From Alkalispirochaeta sp. (lineage in GTDB: Bacteria; Spirochaetota; Spirochaetia; DSM-27196; Alkalispirochaetaceae): 64,000 bases of DNA. The stretch lies in the NCBI GenBank assembly GCA_965601925.1, contig OZ271854.1, positions 384,001 through 448,000 on the forward strand. Reading direction: 5' to 3'. The notes below the pieces were generated by a model. The model ran no database searches and was not told where the DNA came from. It saw only the letters and a list, made by a program, of their open reading frames with translations. Position numbers and translations under genes: made by a program. Shown one piece after another: positions 9,656 to 19,365 of this stretch (position 1 is its first letter; the number at the start of each line of letters is the position of its first letter).

Positions 9656-10249
9656 ATGCGTCTTGTCTGTCTTGATCTCGAAGGTGTTCTCGTTCCGGAA
9701 ATTTGGCAAGGTGTCGCCGAGGAGACCGGCGTCGCCGAACTCAACCTTACCACGCGCGACATACCCGACTACCACGAGCTCATGCGAAAACGGTTGGCAA
9801 TCCTCCGTCGAGAGGGTGTAACACTGCCGCGGATTCAGGCTGTGGCGGAGTCGATGGAACCGTTGGACGGCGCGAAAGCATTTCTCGACGAGCTTCGCTC
9901 ACGCGTACAGGTCGTCATACTGTCGGATACGTATGTCGAGTTCGCCTCCGCGCTCATGCGCCGACTCGGATGGCCGCTGTTGTTGTGCAATACTCTGAAC
10001 GTGGACGGCGCGGGGCGCATCGTCGACTATCATCTGCGGCAGGAAGATGGAAAACTTCACGCCGTGCGCGCCTTCCGCACGCTCAACCTGGAGGTGCTCG
10101 CCGCCGGGGATTCGTACAACGACCTATCTATGATTTTGGAGGCGGACAAGGGAGCGTTCTTCCGTCCCCCGGATTCGATCGTCTCCGAGCATCCCGGTGT
10201 GTCGGTATGCCGAACCTATCAAGAACTTTTTACGTTCCTGACGTCGTAG
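9656..10249 (+). CDS. thrH: Bifunctional phosphoserine phosphatase/homoserine phosphotransferase
   Basis: CLDLEGVLVPEIW, TTRDIPDY, ILSDT and AAGDSYND, the ThrH HAD motifs. Confidence 0.93.
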   Translation: MRLVCLDLEGVLVPEIWQGVAEETGVAELNLTTRDIPDYHELMRKRLAILRREGVTLPRIQAVAESMEPLDGAKAFLDELRSRVQVVILSDTYVEFASALMRRLGWPLLLCNTLNVDGAGRIVDYHLRQEDGKLHAVRAFRTLNLEVLAAGDSYNDLSMILEADKGAFFRPPDSIVSEHPGVSVCRTYQELFTFLTS

Positions 10250-10288
10250 GTAGCGAAGACACGAAAACCTATACTATACTCATCCGCG

Positions 10289-12004
10289 ATGCTTCCCGAT
10301 GATTCCGGAGGCGAGATCCGCAAACGTGCAGAAGAGATCGCCCAACGACAAACGACTCCCGGAGAGTCACCGCAGGATCGGCTCATATACGAGTTGAAGG
10401 TCCACCAGATCGAGCTGGAAATGCAGAACAGCGAACTGCGCAGCTCGCAACAGGAACTGCAGCGCGCACGCAAGCAGTATGAAATTCTCTTCGATTTCGC
10501 CCCCGTAGCATACTTTGTGTTTAACCAGGAGGGGGGCGTGGTTGAGGCCAACCACGCCGGTGCGGCACTACTCAAGACGGAGCGCAAGTTCCTGGACCGC
10601 AAGCCGTTCATCGTCTTTTTGGCCAACGAATACCACACCGTATTCTTCAACCACCTACGCCGCGTATTCGAGTTGGGGCACCGTCAGAGCACGGAGATTC
10701 AGATCAATACGCGCCAAGGCGGGCAGATCTGGGCTCGTCTGGAGAGTCGTCACCAACGAAGTATCAAGGGCGACTCACAGTGCCTCACGGCGGTGCTCGA
10801 TATCACCGATCGCAAACGTATCGAAGACGATCTGATTCTGGCCCGCGAGGACGCGATGAGTGCCAACCGCGCCAAGAGCGTCTTTCTTGCCAACATGAGC
10901 CACGAGATCCGCACTCCCATGAGCGGTATCCTCTCGATGAGCGAGCTGGCACTCCAAATGAAGCTTCCCGCCGAGGCGGGGCGATACGTCACCGCGATCC
11001 ACAGCGCCGCCCGCTCGCTCTTGTCGGTGCTCGACGACGTGTTGGACGTCTCCAAAGTCGAGGCCGACCAGTTGAGCATCGACAAGCAACCGTTTGCCAT
11101 CCGGGAGCTCCTTACGACGCTGCAAGCGATGTTTCAGCCCCACGCGGCGCAGAAACACCTGGATCTCATCGTAGAGGTACCCGATGCGGTCTCGGATACT
11201 CTCGTGGGCGACCGCAACCGAATCCGACAAGTCCTCGTAAGCCTTCTTGCCAACGCACTCACCTTCACCGAGACCGGCACGGTGACGTTGAGTCTCCGCG
11301 AGGATGAGCTGTCGGGTTTCTTGCGCGAAGTGACCTTCGAGGTGGCCGATACGGGGCCGGGCATCACTCCGGCGGAGCAGCGGCGCATCTTCGAGACCTT
11401 CAACCGGTCGTTGGACGACGAGGAGTCGCGGTACGAGGGCAAGGGACTCGGTTTGGCGATATCGCGACGTTTGGCAAAGTTGATGGGCGGTCAACTTTAC
11501 TTTGAGACCGACCCCGGGAAGGGCAGTCGCTTCTTCCTGTCGGTACCTCTTGAACTTCCGGGAGAAGACGAGGATGTCGACGGTCCCGCACCGGCCTCCC
11601 ATAACGCGGAGGAGACCCAACACGGGACGATTCTCGTCGCCGAGGATAGCGCTATCAACCTCCTGGTGATTAGGACGGTACTCGAGAAGGCCGGGTATGA
11701 CGTGGTGACGGTCGGCAACGGCCACGATGTGATCGAAAAACTTGAAAACGGCGCCTTCGATCTCGTTATAATGGATATATCGATGCCGGGATTGGACGGC
11801 CTCAGCGCGACGCGTCAGATTCGCTCGCGCCAAGGCGACGCATCAATTCGGTGGGACATACCGGTAATCGCAATCTCGGCGCACTCCATGAAAGGAGACC
11901 GTGAGCGCTTTCTTGACGCAGGCATGAACGATTACATTAGCAAACCGTTCGTACGCGACACGGTACTTTCGGTGGTCCGCAAGCATCTCAGGAGTACCTC
12001 ATGA
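10289..12004 (+). CDS. PAS-domain hybrid histidine kinase/response regulator
   Basis: N-terminal ELKVHQIELEMQN coil, PAS domain, H-box ANMSHEIRTP, DTGPGI and GLGL boxes, receiver domain AEDS...MDISMP...ISKP. Confidence 0.92.
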   Translation: MLPDDSGGEIRKRAEEIAQRQTTPGESPQDRLIYELKVHQIELEMQNSELRSSQQELQRARKQYEILFDFAPVAYFVFNQEGGVVEANHAGAALLKTERKFLDRKPFIVFLANEYHTVFFNHLRRVFELGHRQSTEIQINTRQGGQIWARLESRHQRSIKGDSQCLTAVLDITDRKRIEDDLILAREDAMSANRAKSVFLANMSHEIRTPMSGILSMSELALQMKLPAEAGRYVTAIHSAARSLLSVLDDVLDVSKVEADQLSIDKQPFAIRELLTTLQAMFQPHAAQKHLDLIVEVPDAVSDTLVGDRNRIRQVLVSLLANALTFTETGTVTLSLREDELSGFLREVTFEVADTGPGITPAEQRRIFETFNRSLDDEESRYEGKGLGLAISRRLAKLMGGQLYFETDPGKGSRFFLSVPLELPGEDEDVDGPAPASHNAEETQHGTILVAEDSAINLLVIRTVLEKAGYDVVTVGNGHDVIEKLENGAFDLVIMDISMPGLDGLSATRQIRSRQGDASIRWDIPVIAISAHSMKGDRERFLDAGMNDYISKPFVRDTVLSVVRKHLRSTS

Positions 12005-14904
12005 GCAAACCCGACGGCAAAGAAAAATCGTTCTACATCGTCGGAGTGGGAGCCTCGGCCGGCGGCCTCGAGGCGTTGGAGTCGTTTTTCGACAACACGC
12101 CGACGTCCGACGACTTTGCATTTGTCGTCATCCAGCACCTCTCGCCCGACTACAAGAGTCTCATGGCTGAGTTACTCGCGAAGCATACCGAGATGGAGAT
12201 TCATCCGGCCGAGGACGGCATGGAGATACGTCCGGGCTCGATCTACCTCATTCCACGCAAGAAGAACATGACCGTGTACAAACGCAAGCTCTTTCTCACC
12301 GAGCAGGAGCACGGTCTCAACCTCCCGATCGATATCTTCATGCAATCCCTGGCCGAGGATGTCGGCGAGCATGCGATCGGCGTTATTCTCTCCGGTACCG
12401 GGAGCGACGGCACGCGAGGCGTCAGGTCGATCAAAGAGGCCGGCGGGTTGGTCATCGCCCAGGACGAGGACGACGCCAAGTTCGACGGGATGCCCCGCAG
12501 CGCAATCTCCACCGGAATCGTCGACTTCGTACTCCCGGCGGATAAAATTCCGCAGGAGCTCAAAGCCTTCGTCAACGGCGACGTCAAGCTCGTTACCGAA
12601 AATGCGCAGATCCGTTTGGGCGATACCAACGCGATTACCAAGATATTCATGCTCATCAAGCGCAAAACCGGGGTCGACCTCTCGTTTTACAAGGAGACGA
12701 CCATTCTTCGCCGACTGGAGCGGCGAATGGGTATCAACCAGATCCACGACGTGAACCGGTATATCGCCTTCCTGGAGGAAAATCCGCAGGAGATCAACAC
12801 ACTCTTCAAAGAGATTCTCATCGGCGTCACGCGATTCTTCCGCGACAGCGAGGCGTTTGACGTGCTGGCGGATGAGGTAATCCCCGAGATTTTCAACGCC
12901 AAGGAGTCGGGCGATCCGATCCGGGTATGGGTCGGCGGATGCTCCACGGGCGAGGAGGCGTACAGCCTGGCGATCTCTTTGGCGGAATATGCCGAAGAGC
13001 ATTTTCTCCAAAATGACATCAAGATATTTGCGACCGATATCGACAAAGATGCGATCGAGTTCGCCTCCTATGGGTTATACCCCGAAAGTATTGCAGCCGA
13101 TGCGTCGCCGGATCGGTTGGCAAAGTACTTCATAAAAAAGGGCGAAAGCTACCAGATCATCCCGGCAATCCGCGAGATGGTGATCTTTGCGTACCACAAC
13201 ATCTTCAAGGATCCGCCGTTCCGCCGCATCGACCTCATCAGCTGTCGTAACCTGCTCATCTACCTGCAGCCGGTACTTCAGAAAAAGGTGCTCTCCAGCT
13301 TTCACTTCTCGCTTAACACGAGCGGATACCTCTTTTTGGGCTCCAGCGAGTCGATCGGCGATCTGAGCAAATACTTTCAATCCGTCGACACGAAGTGGAA
13401 GATCTTCGCCTATAAAGGTGAACACCACCCCCGGGATTTGCGGATCACTCCGCCGGAGCCCAATTGGTACGAGCACAGAATCTCCAACGATCCGCCGCTC
13501 GAAACCCACGTGAGATCTATACAACGTTCGGACTCGATGTACGAGCACCTCATCGAGGACTATCTCCCGCCGACGATCGTCGTCGACGAGAATCGCCAAG
13601 TCATTCACGTCTTCGGCGAGCTCGGCGACTATCTCAAGATTCCGGCGGGAAAGATGGATCTCGATCTCCTCAAGATGGCGCGCAAGGAGGTCGGCATTCC
13701 TCTGGGAACGGCACTTCAAGCGGCGATTCGCGAGCACGCGGTCATCGCCTACGAGGACGTGGTGGTGCCGCTGCAAAACGGTGAAGCGGAGACGATACGA
13801 CTCACGGTACGCCCCCTGGACGGGGGCTCGGGGGGACGCTTTTTCGCCGTGCTCTTCGAGACGCAGGAGGATCAAGACACCCGGAAGCCGGTCGCGGCGA
13901 TGAAGTTCGACCTCGACGAGAGCGTCCGTCGCCGTATCGCCGATTTGGAGAGCGAGCTCCGGTATACCAAAGAGAATCTCCAGGCGACCATCGAGGAGTT
14001 GGAAACCTCCAACGAGGAGCTACAGGCGACCAACGAGGAGCTGCTGTCGTCCAACGAGGAGTTGCAAAGCACCAACGAGGAGCTGCAATCGGTCAATGAG
14101 GAGTTGATCACCGTTAACTCCGAGTACCAGAAGAAGATCGAAGAGCTTTCGGAGCTCAACGACGACATGGACAATCTGTTATCGGGTACGGCGATCGGCA
14201 CGATCTTCCTCGATAGCGAGCTTACGATCCGCAAGTTCACGCCGCCGGTCGCGCGGCAGATCAACATTATCAAGACCGACATCGGGCGCCCCTTCACCGA
14301 CCTGTCCCACAACCTGCACTACGAGAGTCTTCTGGAAGACGTCACGGCGGTGATGAAGTCCGAGGAGCCGCGCGAGGTCGAAGTACAGAATAAGGACGGC
14401 TACTGGTTTCTCGTAAAAATTCAGCCCTACCGGAGCGAGCAGGAGAAGACGAAGGGTATCGTCCTCTCTCTCATCGATATCACCAAGCGCAAGACCGCAG
14501 AGCTTGCACTGTTGAGACAGCACGAGCTCTTGATGCAGGTTCTCGACTCCAATCCGTCGGCGATTACCATGCTCGACCATCGGGGACGGATTATCTACGC
14601 CAACTTGCGCGGTGCGGAGCTGCTCGGGTATCCCAAGGAACAGCTCCTATCCATGAGCCACGAGGATCCGGCCTTCAACCAGACGAAGCGCGACGGCGGC
14701 GCACTATCGGCCGAGGAGCTCCCCTTCTCGGTCATCCAGAGAACACGCCGGTCCGTCACCGATTTCGAGATGGATATCACCACCGGAACGAAGGCGAAAC
14801 GGATCAGCATCCGGATCAACGGCAGCCCGATCTACGACGAACACGGCGAGGTCGAGGGCGCCGTGCTCCACATGCACCAAATCGAAGACGACGCGGCGGA
14901 GTAG
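12001..14904 (+). CDS. CheB methylesterase-CheR methyltransferase-PAS fusion protein
   Basis: GASAGG, QHL and GSDG (CheB triad). [10 protein letters not shown] and DLISCRN (CheR). NEELQ heptad coil, then PAS domains. ATGA overlap with the kinase. Confidence 0.93.
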   Translation: MSKPDGKEKSFYIVGVGASAGGLEALESFFDNTPTSDDFAFVVIQHLSPDYKSLMAELLAKHTEMEIHPAEDGMEIRPGSIYLIPRKKNMTVYKRKLFLTEQEHGLNLPIDIFMQSLAEDVGEHAIGVILSGTGSDGTRGVRSIKEAGGLVIAQDEDDAKFDGMPRSAISTGIVDFVLPADKIPQELKAFVNGDVKLVTENAQIRLGDTNAITKIFMLIKRKTGVDLSFYKETTILRRLERRMGINQIHDVNRYIAFLEENPQEINTLFKEILIGVTRFFRDSEAFDVLADEVIPEIFNAKESGDPIRVWVGGCSTGEEAYSLAISLAEYAEEHFLQNDIKIFATDIDKDAIEFASYGLYPESIAADASPDRLAKYFIKKGESYQIIPAIREMVIFAYHNIFKDPPFRRIDLISCRNLLIYLQPVLQKKVLSSFHFSLNTSGYLFLGSSESIGDLSKYFQSVDTKWKIFAYKGEHHPRDLRITPPEPNWYEHRISNDPPLETHVRSIQRSDSMYEHLIEDYLPPTIVVDENRQVIHVFGELGDYLKIPAGKMDLDLLKMARKEVGIPLGTALQAAIREHAVIAYEDVVVPLQNGEAETIRLTVRPLDGGSGGRFFAVLFETQEDQDTRKPVAAMKFDLDESVRRRIADLESELRYTKENLQATIEELETSNEELQATNEELLSSNEELQSTNEELQSVNEELITVNSEYQKKIEELSELNDDMDNLLSGTAIGTIFLDSELTIRKFTPPVARQINIIKTDIGRPFTDLSHNLHYESLLEDVTAVMKSEEPREVEVQNKDGYWFLVKIQPYRSEQEKTKGIVLSLIDITKRKTAELALLRQHELLMQVLDSNPSAITMLDHRGRIIYANLRGAELLGYPKEQLLSMSHEDPAFNQTKRDGGALSAEELPFSVIQRTRRSVTDFEMDITTGTKAKRISIRINGSPIYDEHGEVEGAVLHMHQIEDDAAE
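13990..14106 (+). repeat. Degenerate 21-nt tandem repeat encoding (S/T)NEEL heptads
   Basis: AACGAGGAG(C/T)T recurs every 21 nt. Protein reads [38 protein letters not shown]. Confidence 0.85.
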
Positions 14905-14917
14905 TAACCGCCGCTCG

Positions 14918-15703
14918 TTACGAGGTGGCGGCGGGAGGGCCCAAGGCTCGAATCCGAACCGCCAGACGGTAGTAGTCAAGGGCGCCGCCGCTGCGCAGAT
15001 CGTGCTGAAAGATCGTCCGACCGCGCCCCGGCGCCTCGGCGAGTGACGCGTTGTGGCGGATCGCCTCAAGCACGACACCGTCCCCGAGACGCGTGCGGAG
15101 TTCAGCAATGATCTCCCGTGAGAACGCGGCACTCTCCTCGAAAAAGGTCGGTATGATACCCCGAACGCTCAACTCCGGGTTGGCGTGTCGCCGCGTCTCG
15201 TCTACCAACTCGATAATCTCGACCATGCCCTCCATCGCGAGAAAGTGCGCCTGCATCGGAATGAAGGCTTCGCGCGAGGCGACCAGCGCGCTCATCGTCA
15301 ATAGGTGTGTCGTCGGCGGTGTGTCGAAGATCGTGTAGTCGAAGCGTTCCATGGTCGCCTCAAGACGTTCCTTGATCCACGATTGCGCCTCGCCATGGGC
15401 GGCGAAGCGCCGCTCAAAATCCTCCAAGCGGCGCGAAGAGGGCATGACTTTGAGTCGCGGCACGTACGTATCCCGGAGCGCCTTCTCGGCGGGAGTGTGC
15501 CCCTGCGCCACCTCACCGAGGTCGGACTCGACTTCTGCGATTGAAACGCCTAGTGACATCGTGGCGTGGGCCTGCGGATCGGCGTCGACGACGAGCACGG
15601 TGTTTCCCATGTGGGCGAGCGCCGCCGCAATGTTGACGCTGGTGGTCGTCTTACCGCATCCTCCCTTGCGGTTGGTAAAGACAAGGCGTCGGCCGATGCT
15701 CAT
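14918..15703 (-). CDS. Orphan ParA/Soj family ATPase
   Basis: Deviant Walker A RKGGCGKTT, plus DADPQ, FDTPP and LAEAP. No parB nearby. Confidence 0.92.
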   Translation of the reverse strand: MSIGRRLVFTNRKGGCGKTTTSVNIAAALAHMGNTVLVVDADPQAHATMSLGVSIAEVESDLGEVAQGHTPAEKALRDTYVPRLKVMPSSRRLEDFERRFAAHGEAQSWIKERLEATMERFDYTIFDTPPTTHLLTMSALVASREAFIPMQAHFLAMEGMVEIIELVDETRRHANPELSVRGIIPTFFEESAAFSREIIAELRTRLGDGVVLEAIRHNASLAEAPGRGRTIFQHDLRSGGALDYYRLAVRIRALGPPAATS

Positions 15704-17721
15704 CGATTGCCTCCGGTGATGATCTGATTCAAAATATGGCGCGTGATGGTATACAACGGCGGCACGCCCTCCTCCGTGGTGAGGGGCGCCGCGAGATTGG
15801 CGCCGGCCTCCAACGGCAAGTCGGATACGTAGTACAACGATCGAATCTCGATGTCGGGGCCGATGACTCCCAGCTGTTGTGACTCAAGTATCTCTCTATA
15901 GTAGTGCATGCCTTCCATTTCAATCCCCACGACATCTCGAATCTGTCGATAAAACTGCAACATCTGACGATTCTGCAGGAGCGTCCCGTCGACGGTGAGC
16001 ATCGGCCCGCGATGAACCGTCACGCCGTGCGGTGCGCTCTGACTCGACAATGGCTGGAGCAGGTCACTATGTTGCGCGATAAATGCCGTCGGCGCAAGAA
16101 TATCGCCGCGCCGCCCGACGAGAGCTCCCGCCTTTCCGAGGAAATTTACGCTTCGGATGTTCTGTCCGTAAAGCATGAGGAGATTTCGGATGACGTACTC
16201 CGCCTGTTCGCCGAAGGCGTAGTCGATATTCACAATGACATCGTCGCAGCTCGGCGAGGCGGCTGCGATAGCCTCGACTCCGGGATCGAACGACGCGTCG
16301 ACGAGCGAGGCGAGGTCTACCAACTGCACGCGAATTCCGGTACTTACCGTCTCTTCCAGACGATGGTGTCCGTACCGACGCGCCATGCGCTGCGATTCCG
16401 TCACGTGATCGGGATGTTCGAGAAAAAAATCGCGGGCGAGGGAATACACAAGATCGTGGGGATTCTCCCACCGCACGTCCAAGGCCGGATGAGAGCGCTC
16501 GACCGCCCAACGCTCGATCGCATCGCGCCGTTCGACAAACCACGGATTGAGACAGTTGGTCACCGAGTGCGTGTTGCTGCTCACGATGTGGACGCCGCGG
16601 TGCGGCGGTAGATCGGAGGGATCGATTCCCGTGAGCTCTCGATTGACCCGCGCTACTTCGGCGATCCACAGCTCGCCGCGACGTGCAATGTGCGTGCGTT
16701 GTCGCCGTCTGACGTCGATATCGAACATTTCGCGATGGCGGGCGATTTCGGAAATGCGCGCCGCGGCATCGTCGGGCCATATGCGAACCAGCGCATCGAC
16801 CTCGCGAGAGCTGAACGAAAGCGTATTGAGAAATGCGCGAACCTCATCGGCGAAGTGCGCGTCGTCCGCAACGAACTCGGCGATGCGGGCGAGGCTCCCG
16901 TCACGCCCGACGCGTTTGCGAATCTTCTGAGCCTCCACCGCGTAAACGCACAAGCACGTGACGAGATCGATTAAATCCGAATCCCCGGTGCGGAGCAGCA
17001 CCAGATCTTTTCCGGGTAGCACCTCCCACACGTCTCGCCGGCGCGCCGAGGTGGGCACCACGGGAAAGAGGCGCTCGGAGCCGGCCAGAGCCGGTGGGAG
17101 CTCGTCGACCAGCAGAAACGCGAAGGTTCGCGTCAGATTGTCCGGTAGGCGACGCACCGCGTAGGTAAGCGCGCCGGTATCGATACGGTATTCGTCATGT
17201 GCCCCCGGGTGCAGCGCCGGCTGCAGCGCCAGATAGAGCGGTACGAGCGACCCGATGCCGATGTGGCCGCGCTGTGCGCCCTGGAGGAGCTCGAACTTAA
17301 AACGATCGAACGCGGAGAAGATTCCCTGATTGTCCCTGAGGATTGTCCCGAACCCCTGAGCCAGACTCGGTGAGGCGTGCAGGAGGCGCCGAAACTCCTC
17401 GCCCGAAATGGAATAACACTCGCACTCCGTCAGCGCTCGTGCGCTGAACAGGCGCGGCTCCTGAAAAATCGCCTCCCATTCGCCGAACACCCGATACGTT
17501 TCGATTACGGTGACGAGATCATCGTCGACACGCCGCGGATCGAACACCTCAACGGTGCCGCGGGCGATGAGAAACACCGATTGATCCACATCGTTCTGAC
17601 GGAATATCGTATCCCCCGGTGTAAAGCGGTGAGGACGGAGGCGGAGGGTAAGGTCTCGTCGTTGTCGATCCCGAAGGAACCGAAACGGATGGATCCGGCG
17701 CAGGAGCTCGATTACATCCAC
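15700..17721 (-). CDS. Cyclic-nucleotide-binding protein with C-terminal nucleoside phosphorylase/nucleosidase-like (DUF6909-like) domain
   Basis: cNMP cassette IFRQND...FLIARGTVEV...FGEWEAIFQEPRLFSARA. C-terminus has DYAFGEQA, FLGKAG, GIEMEG and YVSDLP. Confidence 0.75.
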   Translation of the reverse strand: MDVIELLRRIHPFRFLRDRQRRDLTLRLRPHRFTPGDTIFRQNDVDQSVFLIARGTVEVFDPRRVDDDLVTVIETYRVFGEWEAIFQEPRLFSARALTECECYSISGEEFRRLLHASPSLAQGFGTILRDNQGIFSAFDRFKFELLQGAQRGHIGIGSLVPLYLALQPALHPGAHDEYRIDTGALTYAVRRLPDNLTRTFAFLLVDELPPALAGSERLFPVVPTSARRRDVWEVLPGKDLVLLRTGDSDLIDLVTCLCVYAVEAQKIRKRVGRDGSLARIAEFVADDAHFADEVRAFLNTLSFSSREVDALVRIWPDDAAARISEIARHREMFDIDVRRRQRTHIARRGELWIAEVARVNRELTGIDPSDLPPHRGVHIVSSNTHSVTNCLNPWFVERRDAIERWAVERSHPALDVRWENPHDLVYSLARDFFLEHPDHVTESQRMARRYGHHRLEETVSTGIRVQLVDLASLVDASFDPGVEAIAAASPSCDDVIVNIDYAFGEQAEYVIRNLLMLYGQNIRSVNFLGKAGALVGRRGDILAPTAFIAQHSDLLQPLSSQSAPHGVTVHRGPMLTVDGTLLQNRQMLQFYRQIRDVVGIEMEGMHYYREILESQQLGVIGPDIEIRSLYYVSDLPLEAGANLAAPLTTEEGVPPLYTITRHILNQIITGGNR

Positions 17722-17726
17722 CGCGC

Positions 17727-17738
17727 CATGCTATCATG
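17727..17738. promoter_or_regulatory. Putative bidirectional extended -10 promoter
   Basis: CATGCTATCATG reads TG-C-TATCAT on + and TG-A-TAGCAT on -, inside a 47-bp gap between divergent genes. Confidence 0.55.
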
Positions 17739-17768
17739 CCGTCATAGAGTGTCGAAAGGGAGCACGCG

Positions 17769-18356
17769 ATGCACGAGTACGATCCGAACTATCGCGAGCG
17801 CGCATTGGACGACATTTCACGACGATTTGCCGATGATCTCCTTTCCGAGGAGCGATTCGAGACGGCTCTGGCCGAGATCGGCCGCGCAACGACGAATCAG
17901 GACATTGCCGCGATACTGGGCGACCTCCCGACTCGTACGGCCTCTGGGAGCCGTCCGTCCACGCACGACGTCGACGGCGACCACCGGATTGCGGACGCCG
18001 AGGAGGCGTCAACGCGGCTCCCCGCCGATCGCGGAAGTTCGATCGTCGCGATTTTGGGTGAGCGCCGCCTTACCGGGCGTTGGTTGCACCATCGGTACGT
18101 GAGCGTCGTGGCGGTGATGGGTCTCGTCGACTTGGACCTCTCGGCGTGTAAAATCGAAATGCACACCCATATTCATATCGTCAGTGTCATGGCGGAGGTA
18201 CGTCTCCATATCCCGAGCGGTATTACGATCACCAACGACGTGGCGACGCTCATGTCGGGGCACACCGACGAGACGCCCGCCGCGCGTGGCGGCGGCGGGC
18301 ACATACGACTCACGGGAACGGTACTCCTCTCGGAGTTGAAGGTTCGACGAACGTAA
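17769..18356 (+). CDS. DUF1707 (SHOCT-like) + LiaF-like C-terminal domain protein
   Basis: RERALDDISRRFADDLLSEERFE...ILGDLP, followed by VAVMGLVDLDLS and VMAEVRLHIP beta repeats. Confidence 0.75.
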   Translation: MHEYDPNYRERALDDISRRFADDLLSEERFETALAEIGRATTNQDIAAILGDLPTRTASGSRPSTHDVDGDHRIADAEEASTRLPADRGSSIVAILGERRLTGRWLHHRYVSVVAVMGLVDLDLSACKIEMHTHIHIVSVMAEVRLHIPSGITITNDVATLMSGHTDETPAARGGGGHIRLTGTVLLSELKVRRT

Positions 18357-18393
18357 CCCGACGCACGCCGAAGTCGACCGGCGGCGCGGCGTC

Positions 18394-19365
18394 TTAGTTC
18401 AGCACACCGGGCGCGGCGGGAGGGCGCAGAGTGATGTGTCCTCGCACACGCTGCAGAATGTGCCAACCGTCGGTATAGGTGAATCCCTCACACAGGTCCA
18501 TGAGATGTTGTTCGGACGGCTCGTCGAAACCGAAGTCAAAACTGCAGATCGGGTGTTCGATGAGACCGCGAATGAGGGCGAGATCGAGTCCGCGAGCCAT
18601 CAGAAACTGCGCAAACGAAGAAGCATCGAGTCCGGCGGGGGTACCGTCGGGTGCGAGCAGGTAGTCGCGGGTATCCAGCAACTGCTCGAAGGGGCTCCTG
18701 GAGATGTGCACGGCACGAGCGATCGGCATCCTCTGCAGCAAGAGCCCCCGCTCCACGAGCGCCCGCTTCATCTCCACGGCGACCTCGAAAAAGTGACGGT
18801 AACCCTCACGGGTACGAAAAGTCATAACGGCGATGTCGGTCGCGGCGCTGTTCTTGTGCAGGAGTGCCGGCACGTCGTAGTTCACGATCCAGACATCTTG
18901 GTACCGCTTGACCACCTGCCCGGCGATCCGAAACACCGCCGACTCTTCCACCCATAGATCGAAGAGCTCCTCGGGCGACCACGCAAACCGGCGCAACGCC
19001 TCGAAGGCGCCGATCACGCGGGCGGGTCGGAACTCGGCCCGGTAGAAGTCCTCGAACTGCCGTATCATATCCAGCGTAAACGCCCGACCGCCGTGAACGG
19101 CGAAAAAGAGCCTGAGCGAATAGTGGCGTTCTATGATCTTGCGGCTCACGATGTAGTCGCCGGGCATATTGGCCATATATATCAGCTTTACATGCTGATC
19201 GTTCTTACGGCATTCCTTGATAACCGAGAGAATAGCACTCTCCACGGCGACGCCGTTACTCTCCGGGCGTAAATAGAGGAAAATATCAAGCAGGTCCGGA
19301 TCGGGGTCCGGCCCGACGTACGGGACGAGAATCTTCGGTTTATGAAGCGCCTGCGTCTCCATCAT
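18394..19365 (-). CDS. Hypothetical protein, probable atypical nucleoside-diphosphate-kinase-like fold
   Basis: IFLYLRPE, IIERHY and AVHISRSPFEQL resemble NDK-like motifs. Overlaps the pheT end by 26 nt. Confidence 0.5.
   Translation of the reverse strand: MMETQALHKPKILVPYVGPDPDPDLLDIFLYLRPESNGVAVESAILSVIKECRKNDQHVKLIYMANMPGDYIVSRKIIERHYSLRLFFAVHGGRAFTLDMIRQFEDFYRAEFRPARVIGAFEALRRFAWSPEELFDLWVEESAVFRIAGQVVKRYQDVWIVNYDVPALLHKNSAATDIAVMTFRTREGYRHFFEVAVEMKRALVERGLLLQRMPIARAVHISRSPFEQLLDTRDYLLAPDGTPAGLDASSFAQFLMARGLDLALIRGLIEHPICSFDFGFDEPSEQHLMDLCEGFTYTDGWHILQRVRGHITLRPPAAPGVLN

Noticed and set aside
13990..14106. 21-nt periodic repeat considered as a CRISPR or VNTR
   Set aside because: In-frame degenerate coding heptad with no spacers and no cas genes.
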